A stretch of 64,000 bases of DNA, taken from positions 68,189-132,188 of the forward strand of contig CAYOSH010000004.1 in assembly GCA_964406575.1 (NCBI GenBank), written 5' to 3'. Below, one piece after another: positions 24,856-33,797 of this stretch. Under the pieces are notes generated by a model. That model saw only the letters and a list, made by a program, of their open reading frames with translations. It ran no database searches and was not told where the DNA came from. The position numbers and the translations under genes are program-made. Position 1 is the first letter of the stretch; each line of letters opens with the position of its first letter. The stretch comes from an uncultured Eubacteriales bacterium (GTDB lineage: Bacteria; Acidobacteriota; Aminicenantia; Aminicenantales; Aminicenantaceae).

Positions 24856-25267
24856 GTCTTACACCTTTCAGATCTAGATAACATGATCGCGCTAGCTTGA
24901 TTTTAATGTCATCATCGTACCCTTCCAAAAATCAAGTCCCCCCACTCTGCACTTAAAAATATTTCTGAAAAACACTTTAATTTTTTAAAGATCCACATCC
25001 TGCACATAAAGGAATTAAGAGGCAGCAATATGGCTGTATAGTGGGCTTTTTGTTCCTGCCTTCTTCATAAAGGGAATTATCATAAATCATCGATCTTATC
25101 AAGATTTCAGTCATGCGGCTTCATCCGTGTGTTGAATTACTGCTTTTGTCGCGCAAATCATTCTCTACGCCCTTTTTTTTAAGCGAAACCGAGTGAACGA
25201 GATACCCTGGACATGTGTATGGAAATTACGGATGAGTGGGATTCAGGTCACACAGACAGAGCACAGA

Positions 25268-25726
25268 TTATCGGGTATAAGTCCCCATCAAGTTCGACTG
25301 TGAGAGAACATGTCCCTCCATGGCAATCATGAGTTGGGACTTTGATGATCCCGCGGGCAGATCGAGTTTAGTGTCCAGGGCATAGATCTTGAAAAAATAT
25401 CGATGCGTCCCTGATGGCGGACAAGGACCTCCATAGCCGATCTTATGAAAATCGTTCATTCCCTGGTGCGCACCATTTTCCAATTCTCTCTCGGGCGGCA
25501 CATTCTCCGTGAGGCGAGTCACACTTCCCGGAATGTTGAAAATTACCCAGTGAACCCATGTTTTCATGGGCGCATCCGGATCATCACAAATAATCGCAAT
25601 GCTTTGTGTGTCTTCAGGCACATTCACCCATTCAATTGGTGGAGATACATCAAGATCATCGCACGTGAATCTCTCTGGAATCGCTTCCCCATCCTTAAAA
25701 ACCGGACTCGTAATCTGAATATCCAT
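25268..25726 (-). CDS. YbhB/YbcL-family PEBP (Raf kinase inhibitor-like) protein
   Basis: DPDAP...HWV...GYGGPCPPSGTHRY matches PEBP motifs. Confidence 0.85.
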   Translation of the reverse strand: MDIQITSPVFKDGEAIPERFTCDDLDVSPPIEWVNVPEDTQSIAIICDDPDAPMKTWVHWVIFNIPGSVTRLTENVPPERELENGAHQGMNDFHKIGYGGPCPPSGTHRYFFKIYALDTKLDLPAGSSKSQLMIAMEGHVLSQSNLMGTYTR

Positions 25727-25762
25727 GGCAAATCCTCCTTTGCCTGGAGTTTTGCGTGTGTT

Positions 25763-25969
25763 CTATTCTTTGAACTTAAAGGAGACCTTTACCTTCGCGC
25801 GAAAGGATACCACCTTCCCCTCTTCCACCCTCATATCAAATTCTGATACTTCGGCAATCCTGATGTCTTTAAGGCTTCTCGCAGCCATTTCTACGGCATT
25901 CCGCGCTGCTTCTTCAAAGGAATTCGGACTAGTCCCAATAAGCTCAATGACTTTGTATACACTTTCCAT
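25763..25969 (-). CDS. Dodecin-family flavin-binding protein
   Basis: 68 aa. VYKVIELIGTSPNSFEEAARNAVEMAARSLKDIRIAEV...KVKVSFKF aligns with the dodecin consensus. Confidence 0.8.
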   Translation of the reverse strand: MESVYKVIELIGTSPNSFEEAARNAVEMAARSLKDIRIAEVSEFDMRVEEGKVVSFRAKVKVSFKFKE

Positions 25970-26065
25970 TTTTTTCCCCTTAGATCAAGTTTGTTTCAAA
26001 GCGACAAAAAAAATGTAAAACTTTCCACTCCTATTGTCAATCTTTTTCATCTTTTTCACGCGTGA

Positions 26066-26135
26066 GTTAAGATTTCTAAATCCATGATCGTATGAACACA
26101 AGTTGGTTATTGAGTGTCCCGATTGGGTGGTGGAG
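26066..26135 (-). repeat. Intergenic repeat, type 1 (copy C, reverse orientation, with AACTTGTGTT insertion)
   Basis: Reverse complement CCACCACCCAATCGGGACACTCAATAACCAACTTGTGTTCATACGATCATGGATTTAGAAATC. Nearly colinear with copy D. Confidence 0.65.
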
Positions 26136-26293
26136 AAAAACGTGAGCGAGTCTGGCTCGGACGTCATTCATCACCGATTAGAAATGCTAACCATGCATGA
26201 TGAAATTTTGATATTTTTGCAACTTAAAATATGGTATAAGGTTTTTAAATGGGTACGATTTCAGGTTTGGTTGCGATAGGGAGATTGTGAAAA

Positions 26294-27811
26294 ATGGATG
26301 TTTTTGCTACAAATTTCAAGACTATTGACTGGGTCATCGTAACGATCTACATCTTCATCCCTGTTATTATCGGCGTTCTTGTCAGGAAATATGTCCGTCA
26401 GCTCAGCGACTTTATCGTCGCGGGCCGCTCTCTCCGCCTGTTCATCGCCATCGCAACCTTAACCGGGACAGAGTTGGGTTTAGTGACAGTCATGTATAAC
26501 GCCGAGTTGGGTTTTTTACACGGTTTCTCAGCTTTCCACATCGGTATCATTGAGACGGTCTGCATCTTAGCCATCGGTATCACAGGATTCATCGTATACA
26601 AATTGCGCGAATTACGAGTGATGACAATTCCAGAGTTCTATGAGATGCGTTTTGGTAGAAATGTCCGCATCATCGGGGGAATCCTCCTTGCCCTCGGCGG
26701 CATCCTCAACATGGGCCTCTTCCTCCAGGCAGGAGCGAGATTCATGATGGGAGTCACAGGTTACAGCAATCCCGCCGGTCTCAAACTTTTCATGTCCGCC
26801 ATGTTGATCTTGGTCCTCATCTATACAGTCCTTGGAGGCATGGTCTCTGTCGTCTTGAACGACTTCTTGCAGTTCGTTGTCCTGTCTATCGGGATGATCA
26901 TCGGATCCTTTTTTGCCATTCGAAGCATCGGCTGGGACAACCTTTTTACGGCCCCCGCGACTGCAAATAACTCATCATGGTTTAATCCCGTAGCTGAAGG
27001 CTCTGGATTTGGCATGCTCTATGTCTTCTTTATGGTGGTTTTGACCTTCTCTGCTGGAGCATTGTGGCAATCAGGGACCCTGCGCGCTCTCTCAGCAAAA
27101 ACTCCCAAAGTGGCCAAACAACTCTTTGCGTGGAGTTCTGTTTCCTACCTTGCCAGGCGTGTCATCCCCATGCTCTGGGGAATTTGTGCCTTTGTCTTCG
27201 TATCCCGGTCATCCAAACTTCTGTCTGCATTCCAGGGGCCGGAGGCGCTCAATAGCCAGTTTGGCATGCCTCTTTTCATCGCCAAGATTTTGCCTTCGGG
27301 ATTCTTGGGGCTGATCACTGCAGGCATGGTCGCCGCCTTTATGTCCACCCACGACAGCTATCTTTTGAGTTGGAGCTCAGTCATCACCCAAGATATTATC
27401 GCACCGTTAAAAAAGGGAAAGCTCTCAGATAAAAAGCGCCTCCTAACTACACGTATCTCAATCGTCACTATCGGGCTTTTCCTTCTCATCTGGGGTCTTT
27501 GGTTTGAAGCCCCTGTCTCTTTGTGGAATTACATGGCGGTGACAGGAACCATCTATCTTGCCGGCGCCTTTACAGTCGTTGCAGCCGGATTGTACTGGAA
27601 AAAAGCCAGTAAAACCGGAGCCACAATCGCCCTCTTCGCTGGTCTTTTGGCCATCCTCGGCATCGGCCCTTGGACACAGGGCGAGAATGTCCCTTTTTAT
27701 CTAAGCGATAAATTTATCGGTCTCATGACTTTTGTTATCGCTTTTCTCGGCATGATTTTTGGCTCTCTGCTCTTTCCTGACAAAAGTTCCCGACAGGAGG
27801 ATTCAGGATGA
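26294..27811 (+). CDS. Sodium:solute symporter family (SSS) transporter
   Basis: About 13 TM segments. SSS-type N-terminus FIVAGRSL and a conserved mid-region. Confidence 0.9.
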   Translation: MDVFATNFKTIDWVIVTIYIFIPVIIGVLVRKYVRQLSDFIVAGRSLRLFIAIATLTGTELGLVTVMYNAELGFLHGFSAFHIGIIETVCILAIGITGFIVYKLRELRVMTIPEFYEMRFGRNVRIIGGILLALGGILNMGLFLQAGARFMMGVTGYSNPAGLKLFMSAMLILVLIYTVLGGMVSVVLNDFLQFVVLSIGMIIGSFFAIRSIGWDNLFTAPATANNSSWFNPVAEGSGFGMLYVFFMVVLTFSAGALWQSGTLRALSAKTPKVAKQLFAWSSVSYLARRVIPMLWGICAFVFVSRSSKLLSAFQGPEALNSQFGMPLFIAKILPSGFLGLITAGMVAAFMSTHDSYLLSWSSVITQDIIAPLKKGKLSDKKRLLTTRISIVTIGLFLLIWGLWFEAPVSLWNYMAVTGTIYLAGAFTVVAAGLYWKKASKTGATIALFAGLLAILGIGPWTQGENVPFYLSDKFIGLMTFVIAFLGMIFGSLLFPDKSSRQEDSG

Positions 27812-27951
27812 ATTGGACTCTTTTGTGGAAGGTCGTCCTCATTTTTACGATTTCCGCTTACTCATTGCTCGTGATCATCGTCATCATCGGCGGTTCAAAA
27901 AATATCGTCGAAATGCTCAAAGAATTAGGCGCCCCCAGAGAAGAACAATAG
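27808..27951 (+). CDS. Small hydrophobic peptide (47 aa), translationally coupled to the SSS transporter
   Basis: ATG overlaps the transporter stop (ATGA). MNWTLLWKVVLIFTISAYSLLVIIVIIGGSKNIVEMLKELGAPREEQ. Absent from the ORF track because it is under 60 aa. Confidence 0.35.
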   Translation: MNWTLLWKVVLIFTISAYSLLVIIVIIGGSKNIVEMLKELGAPREEQ

Positions 27952-28007
27952 GAGATTGCCCCAGCATCCCGGGCAAAACGCATAGACTTTCAAAGGATTT
28001 TGATATT

Positions 28008-28901
28008 TTGAGGTCCTTCACCTTTATCCTCAGTCTTATTGTGCTGGGAGGCTTATTCTCGCCCATCATTCATTTTTCTGGGCTGTGTGCCGGGCCTCAT
28101 TCTCAGACCCAAGAATACAATTCCTCATTCAATCCGTCGATTGACCTTAATTTGAGAAATACCCCAGAAGTAAATGTTCCCCCGTCCTCTCAAAAATGCA
28201 TCCGTGATCAGCAAGCGATCATACGCGGTGCTGCGGGGGAAAAAAAACTTGCCCTCATTTTCACAGGCGGTGATTTTTCTGATGGAGGATGTGTTATCAG
28301 AAAAACCTTGAAGGAGGAAAGGATCCCCGGGTCCTTTTTTTTTACGGGAGATTTCTACAGAAATCCCTCCAACTCAAATCTCATATCCGGGTTGATCTCT
28401 GACGAGCATTATCTGGGCCCGCATTCAGATAAACACCTGCTCTACTGTTCCTGGAAAAAAAGGGAGAAAACTCTGATCACAAAACAAGATTTTGTTAAAG
28501 ATATCCAGGACAACTATGCGGCCATGGCGCGTTTCGGGATTGAGGAGGAAAAGACCACCTACTTTGTTCCACCCTTTGAATGGTACAACACAACAATTTC
28601 CCATTGGGCGAGAGAGCTTGGACTCACTCTCATCAATTTCACACCAGGAACATTATCCACTTCAGATTACACAACTCCTGAGATGGCCAACTACAAAACG
28701 TCGGACCTGATTTATGACAGCATCATCAATTATGAGAACAAAACTCCGTCCGGTCTGAATGGCTTTATTCTGTTGCTGCACATAGGCACTCACCCAAATC
28801 GAGAAGACAAGTTTTATACCCGGCTTGCACAATTGATCCATTATCTCAAACAGAGTGGGTACACATTCCTCAGGGTAGATCACCTACTAAAAGATTGTTA
28901 G
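28008..28901 (+). CDS. Polysaccharide deacetylase family protein (CE4/NodB-like), secreted
   Basis: LALIFTGGDFSDGGCVIRKTL...FFFTGDFY...LLLHIG resembles the NodB homology region. The first in-frame Met is far downstream, so a TTG start at 28008 is inferred, followed by hydrophobic LRSFTFILSLIVLGGLF. The long upstream Arg-rich extension of the ORF (27759) was rejected. Confidence 0.6.
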   Translation: MRSFTFILSLIVLGGLFSPIIHFSGLCAGPHSQTQEYNSSFNPSIDLNLRNTPEVNVPPSSQKCIRDQQAIIRGAAGEKKLALIFTGGDFSDGGCVIRKTLKEERIPGSFFFTGDFYRNPSNSNLISGLISDEHYLGPHSDKHLLYCSWKKREKTLITKQDFVKDIQDNYAAMARFGIEEEKTTYFVPPFEWYNTTISHWARELGLTLINFTPGTLSTSDYTTPEMANYKTSDLIYDSIINYENKTPSGLNGFILLLHIGTHPNREDKFYTRLAQLIHYLKQSGYTFLRVDHLLKDC

Positions 28902-28993
28902 CAGAGATAGGACCTGTATTGGAGCGATCCATTGCCGTGTGTCTCTTTTGAAAAAAAAGGTGAATAAATTCTTAAAAATTTGCGAGAGGGAAA

Positions 28994-30046
28994 ATGGAAC
29001 GACGAAAATTCCTGAAAAACGGAGTGCTGTACAGCGCTGCAACAGGGGCATCGCTCTTTGCTAGGGAAAAAAATTTCCCTCAAAAAGCAGCTTTGAGTGA
29101 AAAAATCGAAAAAGTAAAAAGAGCCATGCTCGCTATGCAGCGGTATGCATGGGAGCAAGGTGTGGCAGCCCAGGCTATGCTGGAGTCTGGGGAGACCGAA
29201 TGGGTGATCCTGATGGCCAAGGATGCTGTCCTTCGCCAGCTCGATGACGGAAGGCTGGCTGTTGTCAGCTCTAATCAGGGGGTGACTGACCCTGCTGCGA
29301 ACGGGGAACCTGTCCTCCATGCCGCTAAAATCACTGGGGATCCAAAGCTAAAAGCCGGATCAGAAAAGATGCTCGATTATTTGCTGAACAAGGCTCCAAA
29401 AACCAAAGATGGTACGCTCTATCACATCGCCCATAAACCACAGGTCTGGATCGATTCTATGTACATGGCTCCCCCCTTTCTCGCAGTTGCCGGTCGGCCG
29501 GACGAGGCTGTACAACAGATAGAAGGATTCCGGAAATTGCTCTGGAATCCGGAGAAAGAACTCTTTTCCCAAATCTGGGACGATGAGCTGAACGATTATT
29601 ACAGGAAGGATTTTTGGGGTGTGGGAAATGGATGGGCAGCCGCAGGAATGACAAGGGTCATTAAGGCTCTGCCTCAAAAAATGACCTCAGAGAAGAAACG
29701 GCTGGTGACATATGTCCGAGAGGTTATCGATGGATGCCTCTTGTATCAGCGTGCAGATGGGCTTTTCCACGATGTCGTCGATAAACCCGAGACATTCATC
29801 GAGACAAATCTCGCCCAGATGCTCGCCTATACCATTTACCGAGGAATTCAAGGACGATGGCTGGATGGTTCATACAGGAAATACGCAGACCACATGCGTA
29901 GCGTCGCCCACCAGAAAGTGGATGAATACGGCCTTGTCCAGGACGTGTGCGGAGCTCCCAATTTCGAATCCGCCGGGACTGCCGCAGAAGGCCAGGCTTT
30001 CTTTCTGCTGATGGAAGTTGCGGCCTCAGAATGTTCATCCTCATAA
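28994..30046 (+). CDS. GH88/GH105-family unsaturated glycuronyl hydrolase-like protein with TAT signal
   Basis: Twin-arginine motif MERRKFLKNG. WEQGVAAQAMLESGE...DSMYMAPPFLAV...WDDE is characteristic of the YteR/UGL (alpha/alpha)6 hydrolases. Confidence 0.7.
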   Translation: MERRKFLKNGVLYSAATGASLFAREKNFPQKAALSEKIEKVKRAMLAMQRYAWEQGVAAQAMLESGETEWVILMAKDAVLRQLDDGRLAVVSSNQGVTDPAANGEPVLHAAKITGDPKLKAGSEKMLDYLLNKAPKTKDGTLYHIAHKPQVWIDSMYMAPPFLAVAGRPDEAVQQIEGFRKLLWNPEKELFSQIWDDELNDYYRKDFWGVGNGWAAAGMTRVIKALPQKMTSEKKRLVTYVREVIDGCLLYQRADGLFHDVVDKPETFIETNLAQMLAYTIYRGIQGRWLDGSYRKYADHMRSVAHQKVDEYGLVQDVCGAPNFESAGTAAEGQAFFLLMEVAASECSSS

Positions 30047-30060
30047 AATAATGAACGCGA

Positions 30061-30125
30061 TTTCGAAATCACCAATTGGGACACTCGGATCTCACTTATC
30101 ACGGATTTAAGCATGCATCACATTC
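30061..30125 (+). repeat. Intergenic repeat, type 1 (copy A). Core AATCACCAATTGGGACACTCGGATCTCA...ATCACGGATTTAAGCATG.
   Basis: About 75% identical to copy B (42801-42855). Related to reverse copies at 26066-26135 and 56327-56400. Lies between the GH88/105 stop and the phosphohexomutase operon start. Confidence 0.7.
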
Positions 30126-30209
30126 TCATGTTACCTTACGGAATCTAGACAATTGTTTTCATCTCATGATTTTTTTATATATAATAAAACTGACACACAC
30201 ACTGAAAAA

Positions 30210-31556
30210 ATGAAGCTCCTGAAAATTGGCATCTCGGGCGTCAGAGGAATCGTGGGAGACACTCTCACGCCCGAGCTGATCATGGATTTCGCCAGCGCAT
30301 TCGGGACCTATCTGAATTCAAAAAAAGTCCTTCTCGGCAGAGACACCCGCATCTCCGGGCCGATGCTCCATTCAGCCACAACATCCGCACTGCTGGCTGC
30401 AGGCTGTGATGTGATCGATCTGGGAATCTGTCCTGCACCGATCTTGCAGTATATGGTCATAAGGCTCAAAGCTGAGGGCGCTATTTCCATTTCTGCCGGG
30501 CACAATGATGGCGACTGGAACGCTCTGACCTTCATAAATCAGGAAGGAACATACCTGAATTCCTATCAGGGCGAAGAGGTCCTTGACATCTATCACCTGG
30601 AGAAATTCAAGAAAATGTCCACGGACAAATTGGGCAAGGTGACTCCTCACCCAGATTATCTAGATACCTACTTTGATAAACTCACCCAGTTCCTGGATAG
30701 CAGGGCGATCAAAAAAGCGGCCTTTAAAGTGGTTATCGACGCCTGCAATGGCGGGGGTGCACAAATAGTCGATGCCTTCTGCAAACATCTCGGCTGTGAG
30801 CTGATTCCTGTCAACAACGAGCCGACAGGATACTTCCCCCACGACCCCGAACCCCGGCCGCGTAATGCTTCAGAGGTGGCTTCCATCACCAAAATCATGA
30901 AGGCGGACGTGGGTTTTTTGCTCAACAGTGATGTCAGCCGTATCTCTATCGTTGCCGAAGATGGAGAAACGCTATCTGAAGAATACGCCCTCCCTCTGAT
31001 CGCAGGATATTATTTGCGAAAACAGCATGGAGCGGTCATCACCAATTATTCCACATCCCGGATGATCGAAGATGTCTCTCAATGCTATGGGTGCCAGGTT
31101 ATCAAAGCCAAGGTCGGTCAATCCGACTGTATCCAGAAAATGATCGAAGAGGATGGAGTGATGGCGGGAGAAGGGAGCGGAAGTGTCGCCATCAAAGAAT
31201 TCCAGCCGGCCTTCGATGGTTTTTTGGCAATGGGAATGATATTGGAGATGATGGCGGTGAAATCTAAGAAAATTGCAGGGATGGTCAAAGAACTTCCCAA
31301 ATACCATATCGTGAAAGAGAAGATATACTGCCCGCCTGTCAAAGCCCATTCGATCGTCAGTGACATTAAAAAACTTTATCCATCCCATCAAATATCCTCT
31401 GCGGATGGGATAAAGATCGAATGGAAGGATGGCTGGATCCACATCCGTGCCTCTGCTACAGAGCCCATGATAAGGATCATTGCAGAGAGTCGTTCAAAGG
31501 AAAAGGCACAAGAGAGATTGGAGAAGGCGACCAACTTCATCTCTCAGCTCATGTAA
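30210..31556 (+). CDS. Phosphohexomutase-superfamily paralog (PMM/PGM/GlmM-like) lacking catalytic phospho-Ser and Mg-binding loop. Probable pseudoenzyme.
   Basis: The N-terminus MKLLKIGISGVRGIVGDTLTP is conserved. The active-site loop is SAGHND instead of (T/S)ASHNP. The metal loop is NSDVSR instead of DGDGDR. The sugar loop GEGSGS and phosphate loop RASATEP are retained. The frame is intact and full-length. Confidence 0.8.
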   Translation: MKLLKIGISGVRGIVGDTLTPELIMDFASAFGTYLNSKKVLLGRDTRISGPMLHSATTSALLAAGCDVIDLGICPAPILQYMVIRLKAEGAISISAGHNDGDWNALTFINQEGTYLNSYQGEEVLDIYHLEKFKKMSTDKLGKVTPHPDYLDTYFDKLTQFLDSRAIKKAAFKVVIDACNGGGAQIVDAFCKHLGCELIPVNNEPTGYFPHDPEPRPRNASEVASITKIMKADVGFLLNSDVSRISIVAEDGETLSEEYALPLIAGYYLRKQHGAVITNYSTSRMIEDVSQCYGCQVIKAKVGQSDCIQKMIEEDGVMAGEGSGSVAIKEFQPAFDGFLAMGMILEMMAVKSKKIAGMVKELPKYHIVKEKIYCPPVKAHSIVSDIKKLYPSHQISSADGIKIEWKDGWIHIRASATEPMIRIIAESRSKEKAQERLEKATNFISQLM

Positions 31557-31557
31557 C

Positions 31558-32913
31558 ATGAAAAAAAGACTCCCGCTCAAGATCAGCATTTCTGGTGTGC
31601 GGGGAGTTGTCGGCGATAGCCTGACGCCCCAGCTCGTTGCCCGCTTTGCCCAGGCATTCGGGTCTTATCTTGGCCGAGGAAAAATCCTTGTCGGCCAGGA
31701 CGCTCGAGCTTCAGGAAACATGATCAAAAATGCAGTTTTTTCCGGTCTTCTCTCGGTCGGCTGCCAGCCTGTCGATGTTGGCATTTGCCCGATCCCCTCC
31801 TTCCTGGTTATGACTAAAGAAAACAGTGCCATCGGAGGAATAGCTGTAACCGCCAGTCACAATCCCAAGGATTGGAACGGGCTCAAGTTCATCAGCGGAG
31901 AAGGGTTGTACCTAAATCCATCACAAACACAAGAATTTTTGGATATCTACCACCAAGGCGAATTCTCTCTTGTTCCTGCGGACAAGCACAAAAATATTCT
32001 CCTTGAAAAAAATCCCACAGGCCCTCATCTCCAAAAATTACTGAACACTCTGGACGTGGAAGGAATCCGCAGGAAAAAATTCAAAGTCGTGATGGACTGC
32101 TGCAACGGAGCAGGCGCGATTCTTGCCCCTCGATTCCTGGAGGCACTGGGCTGTGAAACGATTCTGCTGAATTTCACTCCGGATGGAGCACTCGCCCACC
32201 ATCCTGATCCCGTACCAGAAAACCTCAACACGCTTTGCCGGACTGTTGAAGAGAGCGGTGCGGATGTTGGATTCATACAGGATGCGGATGCGGATCGACT
32301 GGCTATCGTGGATGAAAAAGGCGCGCCTTTAGGGGAAGAATTGACTCTAGTATTAGCCGTCAAGTATGTGCTTGGCAAAAACTCGGGATCCGTCGTCATA
32401 AACCTGTCCACGTCGCGGGCCATAGAGGACCTGGCGCATGATTTCAATGTCCCCCTCATCAGGACAAAGATCGGAGAGGTCAACGTCGTGGATGAGATCC
32501 TCAACACAAAAGCTGTGATCGGAGGAGAGGGAAACGGAGGTGTGATCCTCCCGGCTGTTCATCCGTGTAGAGACAGCTTTACCGCCATGGGATTAACTCT
32601 CGAATATATGGCTAATACAGGGAAAACTATATCTCAACTCATAGAACAAATTCCTCATTATTTTATGCTCAAGGATCAGATTCCCGGTTCACCGGAGGAC
32701 GCCTACCGGATCATAAGAAAATTGAAGAAAAAACACACAAAGGCAGAAAACATATCCACACTGGATGGCCTCAAGCTCAACTTTGTGGATTACTGGGTTC
32801 ATATCAGGCCATCCAATACAGAGCCCATAATCAGAATCTTGATTGAAGCCAGGAGTCAAAAAAAGGCTGAAAAGATTATGAGCCATTTTAAAAACGAAAT
32901 TTCAGGACTGTAA
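31558..32913 (+). CDS. Phosphohexomutase (phosphoglucosamine/phosphomanno/phosphoglucomutase family), catalytically complete
   Basis: Starts 2 nt after the upstream paralog's stop. VTASHNPKDWNG (phospho-Ser), DADADRLAIVD (metal loop), GGEGNGG, RPSNTEP are all present. Confidence 0.85.
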   Translation: MKKRLPLKISISGVRGVVGDSLTPQLVARFAQAFGSYLGRGKILVGQDARASGNMIKNAVFSGLLSVGCQPVDVGICPIPSFLVMTKENSAIGGIAVTASHNPKDWNGLKFISGEGLYLNPSQTQEFLDIYHQGEFSLVPADKHKNILLEKNPTGPHLQKLLNTLDVEGIRRKKFKVVMDCCNGAGAILAPRFLEALGCETILLNFTPDGALAHHPDPVPENLNTLCRTVEESGADVGFIQDADADRLAIVDEKGAPLGEELTLVLAVKYVLGKNSGSVVINLSTSRAIEDLAHDFNVPLIRTKIGEVNVVDEILNTKAVIGGEGNGGVILPAVHPCRDSFTAMGLTLEYMANTGKTISQLIEQIPHYFMLKDQIPGSPEDAYRIIRKLKKKHTKAENISTLDGLKLNFVDYWVHIRPSNTEPIIRILIEARSQKKAEKIMSHFKNEISGL

Positions 32914-32915
32914 AA

Positions 32916-33716
32916 ATGGAAGTGATTATCAAAAAAGACTACAGTGAGATTTGTGAGGAAGCTGTTAACGTGATTCATCGATCGTGGCACAAGAAAAGAA
33001 ATCTTGTTCTGGGTTTAGCCACGGGAAAAACACCTTTGGGTGTATATGAGGGTCTTATCCGGTTGTATAGTGAGCGAAAAATGGATTTTTCTGATGTTTC
33101 CGCCTTCAGCCTGGATGAATACTTGGGCCTTCCGGAGGATCATCCCCAGAGCTTTGCTTTCTATATGCAACATAATTTCTTTCGACACATCAACATTCCA
33201 AGGGATAACATTTTTCGTCTTGACGCTCTTCCCGGGGACATCGAAACTCACTGTCGCGAGTACGAAAAGAAAATTCAGAGTGCCGGAGGGATCGATATCC
33301 AAATTTTGGGCATAGGTAAGAACGGCCACATTGGCTTTAACGAGCCCAGCTCATCTCTCTCATCAAGGACAAGAGTCAAAACTCTCACTCAGGAGACAAT
33401 CGAAGCAAACGCACATTTTTTTCGCGACAGAGAGGATATCCCCAGATATTGTCTGACTATGGGGATCGGAACCATCATGGAATCCAGAAAAATTCTCCTC
33501 CTCGCCTCGGGCAAGGAAAAGGCCGAGGCCATCCGACAAAGCATCGAAGGATCCATCACGGCCTCAATCCCGGCCTCCATTCTCCAGCTCCATCCCCAAG
33601 CAAAATTCATCATCGATGCGGAAGCAGCATCCCAACTGACACAGAGAAAATACTACGAATGGGTGTATGACCATAAGGACAAGGTTGACGCCTTTCTCGC
33701 GAATAAAAAGAAGTAA
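32916..33716 (+). CDS. nagB: Glucosamine-6-phosphate deaminase
   Basis: LGLATGKTP...FSLDEY...ILGIGKNGHIGFNEP are canonical NagB motifs. Length 266 aa. Confidence 0.9.
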   Translation: MEVIIKKDYSEICEEAVNVIHRSWHKKRNLVLGLATGKTPLGVYEGLIRLYSERKMDFSDVSAFSLDEYLGLPEDHPQSFAFYMQHNFFRHINIPRDNIFRLDALPGDIETHCREYEKKIQSAGGIDIQILGIGKNGHIGFNEPSSSLSSRTRVKTLTQETIEANAHFFRDREDIPRYCLTMGIGTIMESRKILLLASGKEKAEAIRQSIEGSITASIPASILQLHPQAKFIIDAEAASQLTQRKYYEWVYDHKDKVDAFLANKKK

Positions 33717-33797
33717 TCCACAGTGCTCAACGGAATATTCAGGGCAGTCAAGGATTTGGAGTCACAACCAATTGTTCCATAGGAAGAAAATTCTAGA

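Noticed and set aside
27759-28007. Long N-terminal extension of the CE4 deacetylase ORF (MALCSF...RRFKKYRRNAQRIRRPQRR)
   Set aside because: It is extremely Arg-rich and low-complexity. It overlaps the transporter 3' end and the coupled 47-aa peptide in other frames. The hydrophobic signal-like segment begins only at the TTG at 28008.
30071-30080. Perfect palindrome CCAATTGG inside type-1 repeat copy A as a possible operator half-site or restriction-modification target
   Set aside because: The palindrome is not preserved in the other three copies (CCAATTGA, CCAATCGG, CAATTAGG). Any function of the repeat is unlikely to depend on it.
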